A stretch of DNA of 55,159 bases. It comes from Macrostomum lignano. Its lineage: Eukaryota. Below are positions 24,501 to 39,500 of the stretch, in pieces; positions within the stretch are counted from its first letter, which is position 1, and each line of letters begins with the position of its first letter. Position numbers and translations under genes: made by a program. The DNA lies in assembly GCA_002269645.1 (NCBI GenBank), contig NIVC01003255.1, forward strand, positions 1 through 55,159, read 5' to 3'. Under the pieces are notes generated by a model. That model saw only the letters and a program-made list of their open reading frames with translations. It was not told the origin of the DNA and did not search any database.

Positions 24501-27500
24501 AGTCTCGGTCGAGTCCGACCGTACATGTACAGCATGACATGTCTCATTGCCAGACACAAAATCACAGGCATCGCAAGCCGCGGATTTGTCTGACCCAATG
24601 GGACAGGTAACACCAAAACCACACCAGTCAGATGAAGCGCAGACCTCGAGGCTTGAATTGAACTTTCGACCAGCGCAGCAGCCGTTTGAGCTTTCTGCAC
24701 CCTTGACGAGCTGCAGGCCGCAACAAGACCATGTAGACTCACCGTCAAAGTTATCTCGTGAAAGCGTATAAAGTTGAGCTTCACTACCTTCTTGACAGCA
24801 AACTGTTTCACTATCGCTTCCAGCTAGTAGAACATACTGGTCGCCGCAGCAAGACATATTCGACTGTGGCTGATAAGCGATGGAGTCGCCGCAGCACACT
24901 AGATCATTAGGGACCATTTGACCACCGCAGCATTGCTGATTTAGACTGCTGTGCAAGTGACCTGGAATAGTGTTTGAATGTTAATAGTTACTACTGGTAA
25001 AATTCCAATATGCAGCGATAGAACGACTCCAAAAGAGAAGAAAAGAGTCTCCTTACCACCGCAGCAAACTTGATCTCCATCTGTTTCATTGTAGTACGGA
25101 AGTCCTCCGCAACAGGCATTGCCCAATCCGACATTGAAGGCGTCGGGAAATTCTGCATCTCTACAGCAGACGCTTCCATTAGGCACGCTCTGGTAGCCAC
25201 CTCCGGGGCAGCACTGAAAGCCGTCAGTTATGGTGTGTAACTTTCCCTCGCAGCAGACTTGCTCCTCTGGCTTGTAGCACGCGCCGAGGTTGCAAGCTAG
25301 CCAACCAATAGGACATCTCGCGTATTGGCACGTGGCGTATGCAGAAGACCTGGTCTCATTCCTGCACGGATGCTGAACCGAACGGCGGTACAAACGGTAA
25401 ACATCGATTACCCCTCCCGTTTCTCTAGGCACAGGCCAGCTAAGTTGAAGCCAACGACTCCCAGCTGACTTAACCACCGGCGGACCTTGACCCCTGGGTG
25501 CAACCTCAGATGTAGCGACTTGCGTAGCGTTGCTAAGAACGCAATAATAACTGCAGCAGGCTTCTATTTGCACCTTGTTTGCTTGATTTGGAATCAAGGC
25601 TGTATGAGAGCCGAAAGTCCCGTACTATTTAACGGACTTGGCTCCAAATCAATCGAAAACTTTCGGTCGTTCACCAAAACTGAATATTTCCAATCGACTG
25701 TAAAGTTGTTAGTGGAGAACGAGGCGGGTGGTGTAAAGTAGATCTGCACCGCGGTCAAGTTCAGAACACTAACCCGGTAGGGCGGCTTGATTGTGTCGGA
25801 AACTAAATAAAAAGAAGAAACAAAGAAGATTTTTAACACCATATGACTGTTAAATTCGACTATTTGTGACTAAATTTAGAAGCGAATATACATAACTGTT
25901 TCAAATAACTCACCAGAGTCGAGTGTTAATACACTAGCTGAATTGCTCAGGACCCAGCCAGCCGGCACTACTGTCAGGTTGACAATCGCACTATAAACAA
26001 CGCCTGGAAACAGGTTTCGAACAAAAACCTCAGTCCACCTATTTGCCCCACAATTGGGCACTTCCAAAACACGCGTGAAAGCCGCCGGACTCGTCAATTC
26101 AACGCGACATCTGGAAGGGAAGCCTCGTAGCTGTCGCAGCGTGGGCAGCGTGAGTTCACGCGCACTGCTTGAGGTCCTGCTGGTGCAGCAAAGATGATAG
26201 GCCCGGCATCTGGAGGACCACCACTCCAAGGCAAAACAGGTCGAGACGGCTCTCCGAATCCAGTTGCGCCGGCATCATTAAGCACAGCCAGACTGTAGCT
26301 GTATACTACGAGTGGCTGAACATCATTATCTCTAAATTCGGTATTGAATCCAAAGTAGGATTCATTATTCCAGACCTCTATTGCGAGGATTTTCATAGCT
26401 CCATAAGTCGACTGGCACACTTAAGCGACGAATTCGGTATCGAAGTCGCGGACCGTTGGGCCAGTCTGGAGCTTTCCATGCGACTTCAATGGCTGCTGGA
26501 AGCACGGAGTGCGATCGCAGTAGGCGCATGTGCTGGCTCGGCGGGCGGGGCAGCAGGGCTGAAGAACATTGAAACGTCACTCTCTGCACAGCCGCCTCCA
26601 GTATTGCAAAGATTCAGGCTAGCCGTGTGGTTGACCACGGCCGCAGATCGTCAACGATGGTTACACCGCCTGAAAAAGCCTCAGCCTTGGAAGTCGTGAG
26701 CAATATTGTTCGCATAGTATCTACTCTTAGCTCCAACCGCTGAAATGGCCCGTTTAAACGAGATTTTACATCTAGTTTCCAAGCCAGCGCTGCAGTTCTA
26801 GGCGATGCAGGATTAACACTTGGCACGGGTTTCAATGGCGGTTCTGGCCTTGCCGGCAAAGTTCGTACTTCAGCCCAGCACCGAAAGAAAATCCGACAGA
26901 ATTGACCACCTGAACGCGATACCGTAAGCTGCTCCAAGGCCTGATTCCTTTGGAGTCAATCAACTCTACTATGCTGTCAGTCGCAGAGATGACACCGACC
27001 AAAACATCGGTTTTATTTTCAGTTGGGCCTGTTCCGTTATTTCTAAACAATCGATACTCGATGAGAGGACCGTTTAGTCGTTTTGGGGACGAGGCCTCAA
27101 TTTGACAGACGTCGGTGAAAGCGGGATCGCCTCTGGAGCAGGAATGTCTTCGCTTGGAGCTGCTGCAGTTCGAGCCTTCGTCACTGGAGCTGACGAATGC
27201 TGCGAGCAGCCTGCGCTGGTGCATGCCACAACTGCAAAAACATAGCGCTGCCATGGTGACAGTCCGACAGCCTGATAGCTCAGATTCATCGGTGGCAGCT
27301 GATTAAGACGGAAGTGCATTAGAATTTTTTTATTATTCATTTACAAATAAATAGAAGAGATTAAAAGTTTTCACTCACCGTTGCAATCAAAGTTTCATTC
27401 ATTAACAAACGATACGCCACAATATTTCCGTTCGGTCTGTTTGGCGGAGTCCAAGTCAACAGAACGCTGACAGAAGTAATGTCGGCAATCTGTGGAGCAC

Positions 27501-30500
27501 CCACTGGACCCGGGGTTGCTTCCGGCATTTTAACCGTCACCGGCACCGAATAGCCAGTTCCAAAGAGGCTCTGAGCAGCTGCTCGGAATCGATATTGCGT
27601 ATTTGGGAGCAGATCCGACACCAGAGCACTGGTAGTTGAAGACTCAGCCGATGGGACTGCGTCGGATGCTCTGATAGCGTTTTTATTCAAAAATATTTAT
27701 TTTGAGCAGTAATATACGCAGAATGTATCCGTTGCTTGTTTTTGAAGCTTGTATTGCTGTTTAAAAGCTTAAAACTCCTACCTGTCCCACTCTCCATCGT
27801 CCCCTTTTTGAATCTGGAGCGTCACGCTCACTCGCTGAGCCGAATTCGCCCGCCCAACTTCGCCCCAAGTGGCTTGCACTGATGTCGCGTTTATGACAAT
27901 CAGATTCGGAGGCTCGACGCCGTCTGGGCCTGAACGGGTGAAATATTGTTTTTGAGGTCTTTAGCTTGATCAAAGAATACACAAGCAAACATGCGTCGAA
28001 AAACTTACTACCAGATGGCATAGCAATTGTCACTGTGTTACTAGTTAACGATCCAACAGTATTCTCCGCTTTGACATGAAAGTAGTAGACAGACATTGGC
28101 AGCAGACCGGATATCTGCATCCACTGTCCATAGCTCTGAGTAACCGCAACCTGTCGCATCTCAAGGACAGTAGAGTAGTTAAAACCAGTGCCGCCGGTGT
28201 AGAACGAACCCAAAGCAAATACTGTGTAGTTTAACAAACCGTTGGGGCGCAATCGGATTCGTCCAGAACAGCTGGGCTGACCTGGCCTCGTTTGGCGTCA
28301 AAGCTGACAGTCGGACATCGCCAACTGGTGCAGCCTCTAGAGTTCGCACCGACACTGTCGGGCTGCCGCCACAACCTCCTAGGGTGCACTGAAACACCTG
28401 GATGGTAACAAGGCTCCATGGCAACAGGCCTGTTATAGACAGACTCCGGTCAGTTTGATTGGCCACTTCGTCGTCATTAATGAGCACTCGATGGAATAGA
28501 ATTTCGCCTGTGTTTAGTAGGAAAAGTATCGCCTTTTTTAAAAATTGGTTAGCTCGACGATATGTTTTAAACATATAAAAGCCTCACCGTTTGGTTTCTC
28601 AGCCAGATTCCAGACAACCGTAAATGATGTAGCATTGACAAAAACAACTTTAGGAGGAGGTACTTGCTCAGGTGAGCTCTCTGCAGTTTTGAAAGCGACT
28701 GGTGCACTTTCGGAGCAGCCTCCGCCAGAGCATACCTGGGTGTGACACACGGATACATCCGTAAATGCTAAAGGATCATGAACAGTATCCTATATAAGCT
28801 ATTTCATGGGTGATTCAAACGGAAAACAAGGCTTAAAATCTAATCAAAACTAAGTTTGAGTTTGTAGCTTTTATGCATGAAGAACCCCTTCATTAAAATC
28901 GTACCTTCAATGTCACGCAGTATTCGGTATCCGGCTCGAGATGATCAATTACGACACTCCTGGCCTCAGCCGAAGAGTCACTGTGCGCAAGCCAGGTAGT
29001 GGAATCGCTGCTCTGATTGCTGCAATCCGAGACGTTGGTAATCACTAACTGATAGGCCATAAGTTTCCCATTGAGTTTAGCTGGAGGAAGCCATGCAATA
29101 CGGGCCGAATCGGCGCCGAGAGGCATGATCCGCGGTGGAGCAATGCCCTCAGGAGGCAGCTGAGCCGTTTCTAGTTGTGCGACTCTGTCGCCGGAAATCG
29201 GAGAGCAGCCGAGCTGGTTGCAGACAGACAGTGCATAGGAGTACGCTGTGGCCCCTTGCAAGCCGGTGTGATTAACTGCCTCTGCTGACCGGAATATAAA
29301 AGAAGTCGATCGTCCTGTAGTGTGATATTGATTTCGCAGATGGATTGGAAAGCCATGTTTCTGTGACATTCAGCTCGTAACAAAAATATCTACGAAGGCC
29401 AATTCTTTTCACCTTATAATTCTAGCACTTGTCTGTTACAAAAGTTCCTATACTATGTGAGAAAGTTTACACTTATAACCGAATCAAAATTTGAATGTGT
29501 TTGTTCACAGTTGTGTCAACGGATAAATTCAGTGTACGAAGAGTATGATCCCAAAAACCAGTTCTTGCTTATTACTTTAAAGCACGATCGCACGAGGTTT
29601 CTCGGAAATTTCTTTTCTGTTTATTCCTATTCCCTGTAACCTGTCAAAAAAGAAAAAAATGTCTACAATGTGTGCCTGCATGAAAATTCCATGGACATTA
29701 AATTTGTCCGACTAAAAGACGCTCGTCAGTATTAGTTTGTTTTAATGCGTTTTCTTCTTGTGAAATTTTACTTTTTCTATGGCACATTTTGCCTCGACGA
29801 GGCAGCTTCATTTTCTGTGTTAAAACGCAGCTTCATAGACGTATCTTACCGGCGGAGGCAGAAGCTGGATCAGCTGATACGCAATCAACGGACCATTCAG
29901 CCCCGGAAGTGCTTCGGCAGCAGCTTCGAGATCATCGGCTGTCACTGATGGCAGATGAGTCCATGAAATCAATATCCAGGTAGGTCCAATGGAAAGCGGG
30001 GGAGAGATTGGCAGTAGAGATGCCACAGTCGGCACCGCAGGAAGAGTTGTAGCGTCGATGTAATCAGTGCCGTCTCCGCAGCCAGTTCGAGTGCAAGCTG
30101 CAACTCGAACTCGATAACGTTTGAAGGGCGCTAAGCCAGTCAGAAGTGACGTAAACTTTGTTTCAAAAATGTCCGCTGCAACAATCGAGTGCTCAGCAAG
30201 CAGGCTTCCGTTTATCGGGTGGTAGGCGCGCACTTGGTATTCAATTACTGGACCAAGCCGGCTGAAGGTGGCGGGCCAAGTCACTTGAAGAGACCGCCAA
30301 GTGCTGTCGGCAGTTTCGCTCGTTCCGTTAACTGGAGTGACGCCGCTTGGTCCAACGGTGTCATCAGGAACTGCTCGTGAGGGGGGAAGTGAAACCACTT
30401 TACAAATATTTCGTACTAGCTAAGCTAACATTATTTAGGTTATCGTTTAGTTTCTGGTTCGGGTTTTTTTATTAGGGTTAGGTTTAGTTCTAGGTTCTAG

Positions 30501-33500
30501 ATTTAGCAGTCAACCTTCTGGAAGATAAATGTCTTCAGTACTCGAATTTAAGCAGTCAACTGTATTCGCCTGCTTTGTATTCGAAGTATTCGAGAATCAA
30601 TAAGTTGTTAATCTACCGATAGGAAACAGACTAGGTGTTGCTCAGCACACAAACTAACACAGGGGTACATATATCATGACTTTCCCTTTGTCTGTTCCTG
30701 TACACACTCTGAGGGCGTTGGTTCGTACAAGCCGAAGAATACACAATGAATTTCCGCAAATATATTTATATTCCATAATAATGTTGATACAATGATCATG
30801 AATCAATCTAACATGTGACTTTTGCTTTAAAAAATCAATTTAATTGCGTTCATAGTCTCTTTACTCACCACCCTCGCCCGTGTGACCGGGAATCCAATAA
30901 CTTTCAGCTGTTCCTTTGTCATTGGCTGACACAACTCTGTACAGATAATTCGTAAAGGTGCTCAGACCAATGTCAATAGCTGAAGTTCTGTTTCCCTCAT
31001 ACACTAACTCAGCAGTACCGGCAGTCTCTTCTCCTTGTTTACTACTGCTGACTGAGGAAAGCGATGCATTTCCACGTGAGCAGGGCGTCAACTCTGCTGG
31101 CGCAGGCGAACAGTTGTCATCAAGCTTCACGTTTTGTGAATCAACGACGTCAGAGTCAAAGGAAACAGTCACGACGGGTTCCGCTAAATTTGCTCGGCAA
31201 CTGACATTGGCTAGACAACCGGAAAATGCTGAAAAAAAGTTATAAGAGCGTTACATTGCAATTGAATTGATTGGATGCGTAGATCGTGTGACAATCTCTA
31301 ACCCTTATTAGTAGTGCATTGTGCACATAAATTCATATAAGAGAAAAAAGTGCAGATATAATTTTCTTTTTAGCTTCAACAGGCACGCGCTCGGAGTGAA
31401 GTCCTAACAAAAATCGATTATTGACTTTAAGCAGACCTTTTCCAATTAGAAAGTGTTTATAAAAACATAGGGGTTTTTAAAAAGCATTCTAACTTTTCCG
31501 CGCGCTAATTTGATTTTTTACTGAGTTTGTCATTTAGGTTATTTAAATATTCCGAGTGTTCAAACGATACGTCTGCACATCATTATATTCGTTTGCATTC
31601 AGTTTGAAAGAGTAGAAAAGCAACTCACACAGCTCTGGCAGCTCTTCTAGATCAAGAATCTTCTGTAGACTACTTGCAGCCTCCGAGGCCGACAAGCTAC
31701 TTGTTGGCGAGGGCAGGCCTCCCAGAAATAGCGCTGAAGTCAGATTGCACGGCGAGGCTAGAGTCTTTGTAATGTTTATTTTGTCACTTTCAGTGAACAT
31801 AGTCAACGGTACTCCGTCTAAGCGAATCTGGAGAGTTGGTGTCGAATAATTTCCTGTCATCTCCAGCTCAATCCGATGCCAGAGCTGATCGCAGAGCAGA
31901 CTCGATGCCGACGATTTTCCGTCGGGACTCGCCACAGTTGCAGCGGTGACAGTCCTCAGGCCTGGCGCCAGAACCAGCAGACGTGGTGGAGACCCAGAGG
32001 CACTGGAGTCCAGCATCAGCAGCAGCGCCTCCGCTGGATCCGACGACCTGGCGTCACCAGTTCCGTGCGCAAACGCCAGCACAGCGACGTTGGGATTTCC
32101 CAGTGTAGCCGGCGTGGTCCGGAAGCTGAGGCCGAACCGGAAGCCGCCGTCGCTACAGGAGGCTGCGAGAGCGCCTGGTGACGTGGCGGCAAAGCCGCGA
32201 CCAAGAAATCTGGCGGTCAGTCCATTGGAGGCTTCTGAAGGACAGCCCTGCCAGTGCTGCAAAATAATATATTGCGGTATAAAATATAGTGCCCAGAGAT
32301 TTTAAACTAAAAGTCAATAGCCAACGAGGTCGTCACTTCAATCCAAGTTATGATTCTTAAGAGTTAGCTGTGGGATGGCCTACTTAAAAATGACTTCTAG
32401 CTTTGGCTTTTCGTAACTTAAAGATTACCAAAACACCAAAAATCAGTACAAGCCATGGCATCTCAGGATTTCTGAATAACTTAGCAACGGTAACAAGAAC
32501 TCAAGAAGAATATACCCATTTGTCAGATCTGCATATTTAATAGGAACAAGATTAATGTAGTAGGACTCATTTGTCATTTGTTCTGTATAAAGCTTCATTA
32601 CAACAGTTTTGCTTTTACACTACTATTAGTAATTTGAGCCTGGAGAAGCATCAGTTGGGAGGTTGCAGGTTTCTATAGAAGTAGAAAGCAATTCGCTCCT
32701 GGGAAAGCAGTCCGTGATGCGCTCGCAGTAGTAAGTCTAGGTAAGAATGGCACAAGGAGAAGTTGCGTCTCTAGAGGAAGCCTCACCTTAGCACATAGAA
32801 AATAATAAATTGACTTCAAGATTTCAGAGTTCCAGACTTCTTTTAACGTACAAATTTCCTTAAATTCGTGTCTTATAATTATTTGACCTCACGCACTGAC
32901 GCATTAGGGAATATCAGGAACCTGGTGGTAGCGAAAAGTACCAAATCTAAGTTAGAGATTTATTAAATAAATCAACTGAGACCCCAGCTGATAAAATCAG
33001 TTAAAAAGGCTCGGTTATAATGATCTCACTTGCGCCAGGTAGTTTGGCACTAAAGCGCGGCGCCAGTCCATTCGAAGCGTCACCGGTTCCGGGAGGATGT
33101 CCATCACTATGCGAACGTCGCGAAGGCAGCCAATAAGGCTTCGATGGCCCTTTTGTGATTCAATGATTTTTGCTGCGGCCCAGGCTGCTTCAGCTTCGAG
33201 GTTGTCATCGCGAATGTCTGGCAGACCACCGATGTACACGCCGGCGCTGAGGCCCATCAGAGAGCGCTGAGTGCAGCTTTCGGAAGTTCCCAGTGTTGAG
33301 GAGTTACTTTTGAAGGTTACTCCGTCGATGATCACCTGTACAGAAAGTTAAACATTTCTAGACATTCAATAAATAATTTATAGTTAATAGTAATAACGAC
33401 ATTTGATAGCTACAGGTCTAAGGATTAAGAAATATCAACAAAAACAAAAAGAAGCTCAATACAAAGACCCGTTTCACTTACTAGAGCGTTTGCAAACTGA

Positions 33501-36500
33501 CTTTCATCATCAAAATTCCCGGGACGCCGACAAGCGTTTTATTCAGTGTGTGAAGCCAGCTCGTCTGCCTTTCAGCTGCGAGCAACAGAAACAACAGAGC
33601 CAGCCAACCCGAACAAGCCACTGGGACAGGTGCCGGAATCCACACTACCACGACTGAGACCCTGATGTCGCGTGACCTTTGCAAAAAGTGAACCCTATTC
33701 TAATTTTTTATATTAGAAAATCTACGAGCGTTGACTCAGATGTTAAACTTCATCGATGTAGCCTTTTTTACAAATTCACGAGGCTTTTAATTTCGCTTAT
33801 GAGTTCTTTGCAGGTGCTTTCGTATGCTCCGAACTTGGAAGGGATGTTCTCATAGCAGCTACACAAGCTAGAATCCATAAGCCAAGTATTCGAATATTAC
33901 GAGAGGCTAATCAGTAATATTGGCAAGTTAAATACTCAAAAAGAGTTGAGAGAACCATTGAATAAATAAAATGGCAGCTCTCTCGGCCGTTCGTCAACTT
34001 CACCAGCTTTTGGTTTTACCAACTTCGCACCATTAAAATTTTGCTCTCATTTTTTTATTTTTGCGACCAGCCAATTATATTTTTCGATTGTAAAATTGCA
34101 CTGAGCCTTCTTTAATTTAAAAAAAATCGGTTACCTGAGAGTCACGCCCGAACCTTCGCACAGAAACTCGGTGCCACCGACCCTGCTGTATCGATCCTGC
34201 ATGGCTGCTTGCACCCAGACTGGCTGTCGAACAATCTCCATCGCCAGTAGAATCGTAGTCTTCCAGGCCAAATCGAAAGTGCAGTTTGCCGTCCGGTGTT
34301 ATATAGACAGCTAGATACTGACGGCCTAAAAAGAGGAATCAAAATCGTCGCCAGATTTAGTAAGCCGTACGGTAATGAAAGCCATAGGCGCCAATACAAA
34401 GCACAAAAACGTTTAGTTCAAACCATCTGGTACGGCCGACCACAGCAACAGGCCGCGAGGCGTTCCAGACGTTCGCAAGACGAAATCGAGGCCGAAGTAA
34501 TCGACATTGTAGGGCAGTAGATCGCCGGGAAATTTGTAGTAACCAGAACCGGCCAGTCGCACTCCGACAGTTGTAGGCAACTCGGCGAGACCGGCAGCTG
34601 CGGGTAGGCGCTCCAGACGGTACCGAGGCGGTGGCCCGTTGATTTTGACTGGCGGCTTCCAGCCAAGTTGAAGGGAGGCTCCGCTGCTACTGCTGTTCGC
34701 GGGAAAATTAAGCGGCACGGGTGGCCACGGCGACGGCTGGTCTTCGGGTGGAGCCGAATCGAGTCGGGTCTCAGCCATGGGGCTGTCTCTGAGATGTTGG
34801 TTTGGAGAGGTTGTGGTTGTGCTCAAGCATTTCTGAATGGCTTCTGTCCTCGATTAGGATGCACATTGATAACGCTTGATTATGCTTTAGCACAATTTCG
34901 CGATTTTAGATCTCACCTGCATGAAATATAGTTGCAAACTCTTAACCCGAACATTACATCTTGGAACGGTCGAAAGCCACTCGCAATAAAATTTGTCACA
35001 TCCGTTCGAGTGGTAACAAAAACGGCACTGACCAACGATGTTGACATCTTCGTTAAAATGCTGACATTGGCCAGCTCACCTAGCAAAATGCCTCTATCAG
35101 GAATAGTCCAGGTGATGCTAACACTAGTTGAATTAATTGGAGTCAGCTTTGGCGCTGATGGTGGCGCCGCGAGTGACGTGAAACCTGTCCTAGCAACAAA
35201 CCAATTCGTAAACGTAGTTCCAAAACTACCCACAGCAGCAAGTCGCAAAGCGTACACTGAAAATGGTCGAAGGCCGGTGATTAGCGCTGAAGCTGCTGGA
35301 CCAGAGTTGTTCACGCCCGGAAGGCTTACTGGCGTCGGAGACAGCCGCGGATCGTAGCGACCCTCCGACTGGAACACTGGGCTACCAACTGAGCTGTCAT
35401 TTAACCAGAGATGAAAGCGAAGCAGGATACCGTTCGGCTGGCTGGGAAATGGCCAAGCAACGAAAAGTGCAGTTGAGTTTACGGCGGTTGCGTTAACAGC
35501 ACTCAGACCTGCTGGAGGCAAGCCGAGGGTGGTGAATCTGACAAGGGGGCTGATGAGGCAGCCACCGGGGCCGCATGAAACAACCCTGAAGCGATAGTCG
35601 GCAAAGACGCGCAGGTCAGTAATCTTGGCGAAATCGGCTGAGCCTGGTAGGACAGCGTGAACTTTACTCTCAGCGGGTGAATAGGTGTTGGTAGACGTGA
35701 CTGTATAGTTATCTACTGGTCCGTTTGGCTCGCTGGGCCCAGACCAGGTAATGTGCGCCGTTGTTGAGCGTATGCTGGTGGCATTTACAGTCAAAGTGCC
35801 CGACGGTGCGGCTGGCAAAGTGAAAAAAATTCGCGGTCGACTGGCAACAGAACCAGCAGAGTTTTTCGACACGATTGAGTAGCTGTATGCTGTGTAGACC
35901 TGAAGACCAACGTCCGTGAAGTTTCGTGGCTCTAGAAGTTCGTGTAAGAATCGTGTAAATTTTAAAACGTTTTGGAAAGGCAAAATTAAAGACAGTAAAT
36001 TCCTGCTATCTTACCAAATGCGCCAATTACCGCACGTAGACTGTTGTTTTGCAAGACCTCAAAGCCAGTGATGTTGCCATTAGGTTGCTCTGGCGGCTCC
36101 CAGCCAATGCTGATGAAACCGGAGCCACGAGCCAGCATCATGGGTGGTCCTTGCAGAGCTGGCGCTCCACTGCAACCATCGGGATTGGCATCTTTAAGTG
36201 ACCCCGTGCCAGGCCTGCACTGGTCGCATTTGTCACCGACCACATTGGCCTTGCACTGGCAAGCACCCGTTGTCGTATTGCAGTTGCCCATCGAAACACT
36301 TCCAGCTGGATTGCAGCCGCAGCGGTTGCACGCAGGGTAGCCAAAGAAGCCGTCGGCACATGCGTCGCAGCGAAGTCCAGCGAATCCAAGACGACACAAG
36401 CATTTACCAGTTACAGAGTCGCAGCCAGCTCCAAGGCGGCCACCGGGATTGCAGCTGCAGGGAATGCAGCCGATTCCGCCGAATGGAGCAGGTCGATAAC

Positions 36501-39500
36501 CTGGCGCGCAAGCGTCGCACGATCGACCGGTGCGATTGGGCAGGCACAGACAGGCACCGGTGCTTGGATTGCACGCGGTGATATTCGAACTACTTCCTGT
36601 TTGCCTTGTGCCTAATAAAAACGAATATGAATGAGAGTTTTTTTGATTCGATGCATAAAACTACCTACGCAAAATTACTTTTGGAAATCGGCAGTAACTC
36701 TTTAATAGTATTGTGGTGTCCATGTAATTTTGTTGGCGTTGGGTGTGGTTTTTAGGGGCTGGGTGACCTTTGGCTCCGACTCGGTTCTTCCTGGTCGCTA
36801 TATGTATCTTAAGCTCGTAAAAAAGACGTGCTCTTGGCAATCAGCTCTTTAGGCATTAAGCAGCCACCCCTCCGCTAGTGTGCAGGGGTCGCAATTCATT
36901 TCTTTTTTAATTTCAGTTATGCTTTATTCATTAAAAACGGTAGGCTACTTTTATACTTCCTCTTACTGGATTAGTTATCGGATTCTGCTTCTTCTATCTT
37001 TGTTAGAAAGCGATTGTTTTTTAAATAAACAGGAGCGCTTTTTGTCAGTTTGGTGTTTTGTTCCTTGTAGGGTTGTTCCTTGTTCCTTGTAGTTGCTATG
37101 CATACGTTTGTAGCGCCCCAGTCTTCGATTTCGCTTACCTGTAAAAACGCAGCTGCACTTCAAACACCCACTCGCAGTCAGATTCCAGGCGCCATCCAGA
37201 CAGAGCTCGCATCGATCGCCGCCAACGTTTTCCCGACACAGGCAGGCTCCCGTGACAGGGTCGCATCCACGACTGCCCAACGGGTGGCAGTCTGACCGGC
37301 ACGGGACGCAGCCAGTCTCAGACAGCTTGTAAAACCCCGGGGCGCACCGGTTGCAAGCCGGTCCAGTGACCCCTGGCCAGCATTTGCAGGCCCCGGTGTT
37401 CTGGTCGCACTCATCACCGCCGGTGTTGCTGGCTCCCAAAGCGCCAATGGCAGTGCAGTTGCAGGCACGACAGGCACTGCCAACTGTTGGTTGCCAGTTA
37501 CCAAGGCGACAGGAATCGCATTTCACACCTTGATGCGTTGGCAGGCACTGACAGCTGCCATTTAGTGAGCTGCAGTCTGCAGTGCCGGCAGGATGACAGT
37601 CGCAGGCCTGGCAACCATCGGGGTTCTCAACGCTGAGATTGTAGCTACCCGGCAAGCAGGCGCTGCAGTCCCGCGAGCCGACAAGCCGCTTGCACTTGCA
37701 GGCGCCGGTGCTTGGATCGCAGGTGTCAAAGTCTTCAGTGACCGTTCCAATCTTGCTGCAGTTGCATGCTATGCAGCTGTCGTTAATGCTACTCAAAGTA
37801 GTAAAGTTTTTGTAAAACCCAACTGCGCACGTATCGCAGCGGCGTCCACCGAATCCTGGTCGGCAGGAGCACTGACCGCCGAGCATTGTGCAGTTATACC
37901 GCTCATGACTGCCGAATTCATTGCAGTCGCACGGCCAACACGGTCGACTGTCTGTTGCCAGGACCCCGTCCGGGCGGTAGTGTCCGGCCTGGCAGAGCTC
38001 GCACCTCCGTCCAGAAGTGAATGCATCGCAATTGACGCACACTCCGCCGCCTCCACGAGTCAGCTCATCGGGATAGGCATCCAGGGTTCGGTTGTAAAAG
38101 CAACTACTGGCATGGCCGCTGCAGTTGCATTGGCGACACGGCTGACCCACAGCGTAAGGCTTTTCGTTGTAAAGTGGTTGGCATTTATCACACTGAAATC
38201 GGCATTGAGCATAGGGCAGTAATTGTACTGAATCGTATCTTTCGATTGGATAGGCTCACTAAAAAAACTAAAACCAAAGACATGCATCAAGTTTTTTAAA
38301 GTATAACTTATTGATAATGAGTTTATCATTTAAAAAGTAACAACGCTAAACTTAAAAACTGGCCTTTTGCGAATATAGTTATACTACTTGTCGGCAGTAC
38401 CATAGGAAGACTTCTGCTGCAATATGGCCTTACCGCACAAGAACTTTGCAGCAAAAACTGACTTAAGTGTGGCACCCTCCTGTTTAGGTGCAGTCATGTT
38501 TTTCTTATACTATTATGTTTTTCTTGAACATTGTATTGAACTTTGTAAATAACTTCCTTAACCATGCACCATATGCACCATGCCAATTCACACCTACCTA
38601 ATTACAGTAAAAAATAACACAAAACTGCTTGAAAAGTACATAACTAGTAGCGTACCAATTTGCCTTGCGTGAAGGTGTCAGGACGACACGAGCACCTCAC
38701 GCTGCCATTGTGGGAATCTATAAGGCAGTCAGTCGCCTGGCCTCCGCAGTCGCACCTGGCGAGGACCCTGAGCTCGTAAATAACGTAATAGCCTCCAAGG
38801 GAGCCTTCGCGAGCAAAAGCTTCAATGCGAACTCGTCTGGCCAGGGCTGCTGCTCGTTGCTCCTTGGAGGCGTACGGATCCGGCGGAGAGAAGTTGGCGA
38901 GCAGCCGGCCTGGCTGAGAAGCCGAAGGCATTGATCGGCAGTCGCCGCTACCGTTGTTAACACTGCAACTGGTGACATTGCCTGTAGCATTCATGATGAA
39001 CTCAGCCCAGACGGACCATGAAGTATCGCCTTCCAAGTGTGCCGATCGCAGAAGGCGAAGCCGCTTCGGCTGCAGCTGTGCTCCTGAGTCAACCTGCAGC
39101 ATCAGCGCCACCGTGCCTACCTGGAGACTGGCTGGCAACTCTACAGTCAGGGCTACTGACGACATGCGGGCAGAGATCCACGAACTGACCGTGTCGCCGT
39201 CATTGGCGAATTCAAGCGGATGTGCGGCCGGATTCAGACGGGGGACACTCGAAGCTGGAATAAGTTGGCAGTTTTAATTATTGCCTTATTCTGTGCCGTG
39301 AATCAGCGGTGTGATTTAGACGAGTTAGCTGCTGCTGAGTATAGTTTTTTTCGGATATAGTCTTAGCAGGATGTAGCGTTAACTCACTGTCATTAGCAAA
39401 GTTAGCCAGGCAGAGAGTCTGGTTGTCCAGCGACATTCTTGGATGACTGGACGGACATCGGCATTCAGAGAGATCCTGGCCTGAGTCCAAGAACTTTCCG

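Noticed and set aside
33481-33684. Hydrophobic ORF as an extra usherin exon
   Set aside because: The flanking exons join directly (RDSQ|VIIDG) to give a normal LamG domain, so this segment is intronic for usherin.
39278-39388. RLNHTA segment resembling the following RLNPAA
   Set aside because: Lies after a strong GTGAGT donor within a 134-nt intron; the similarity is too short to interpret.
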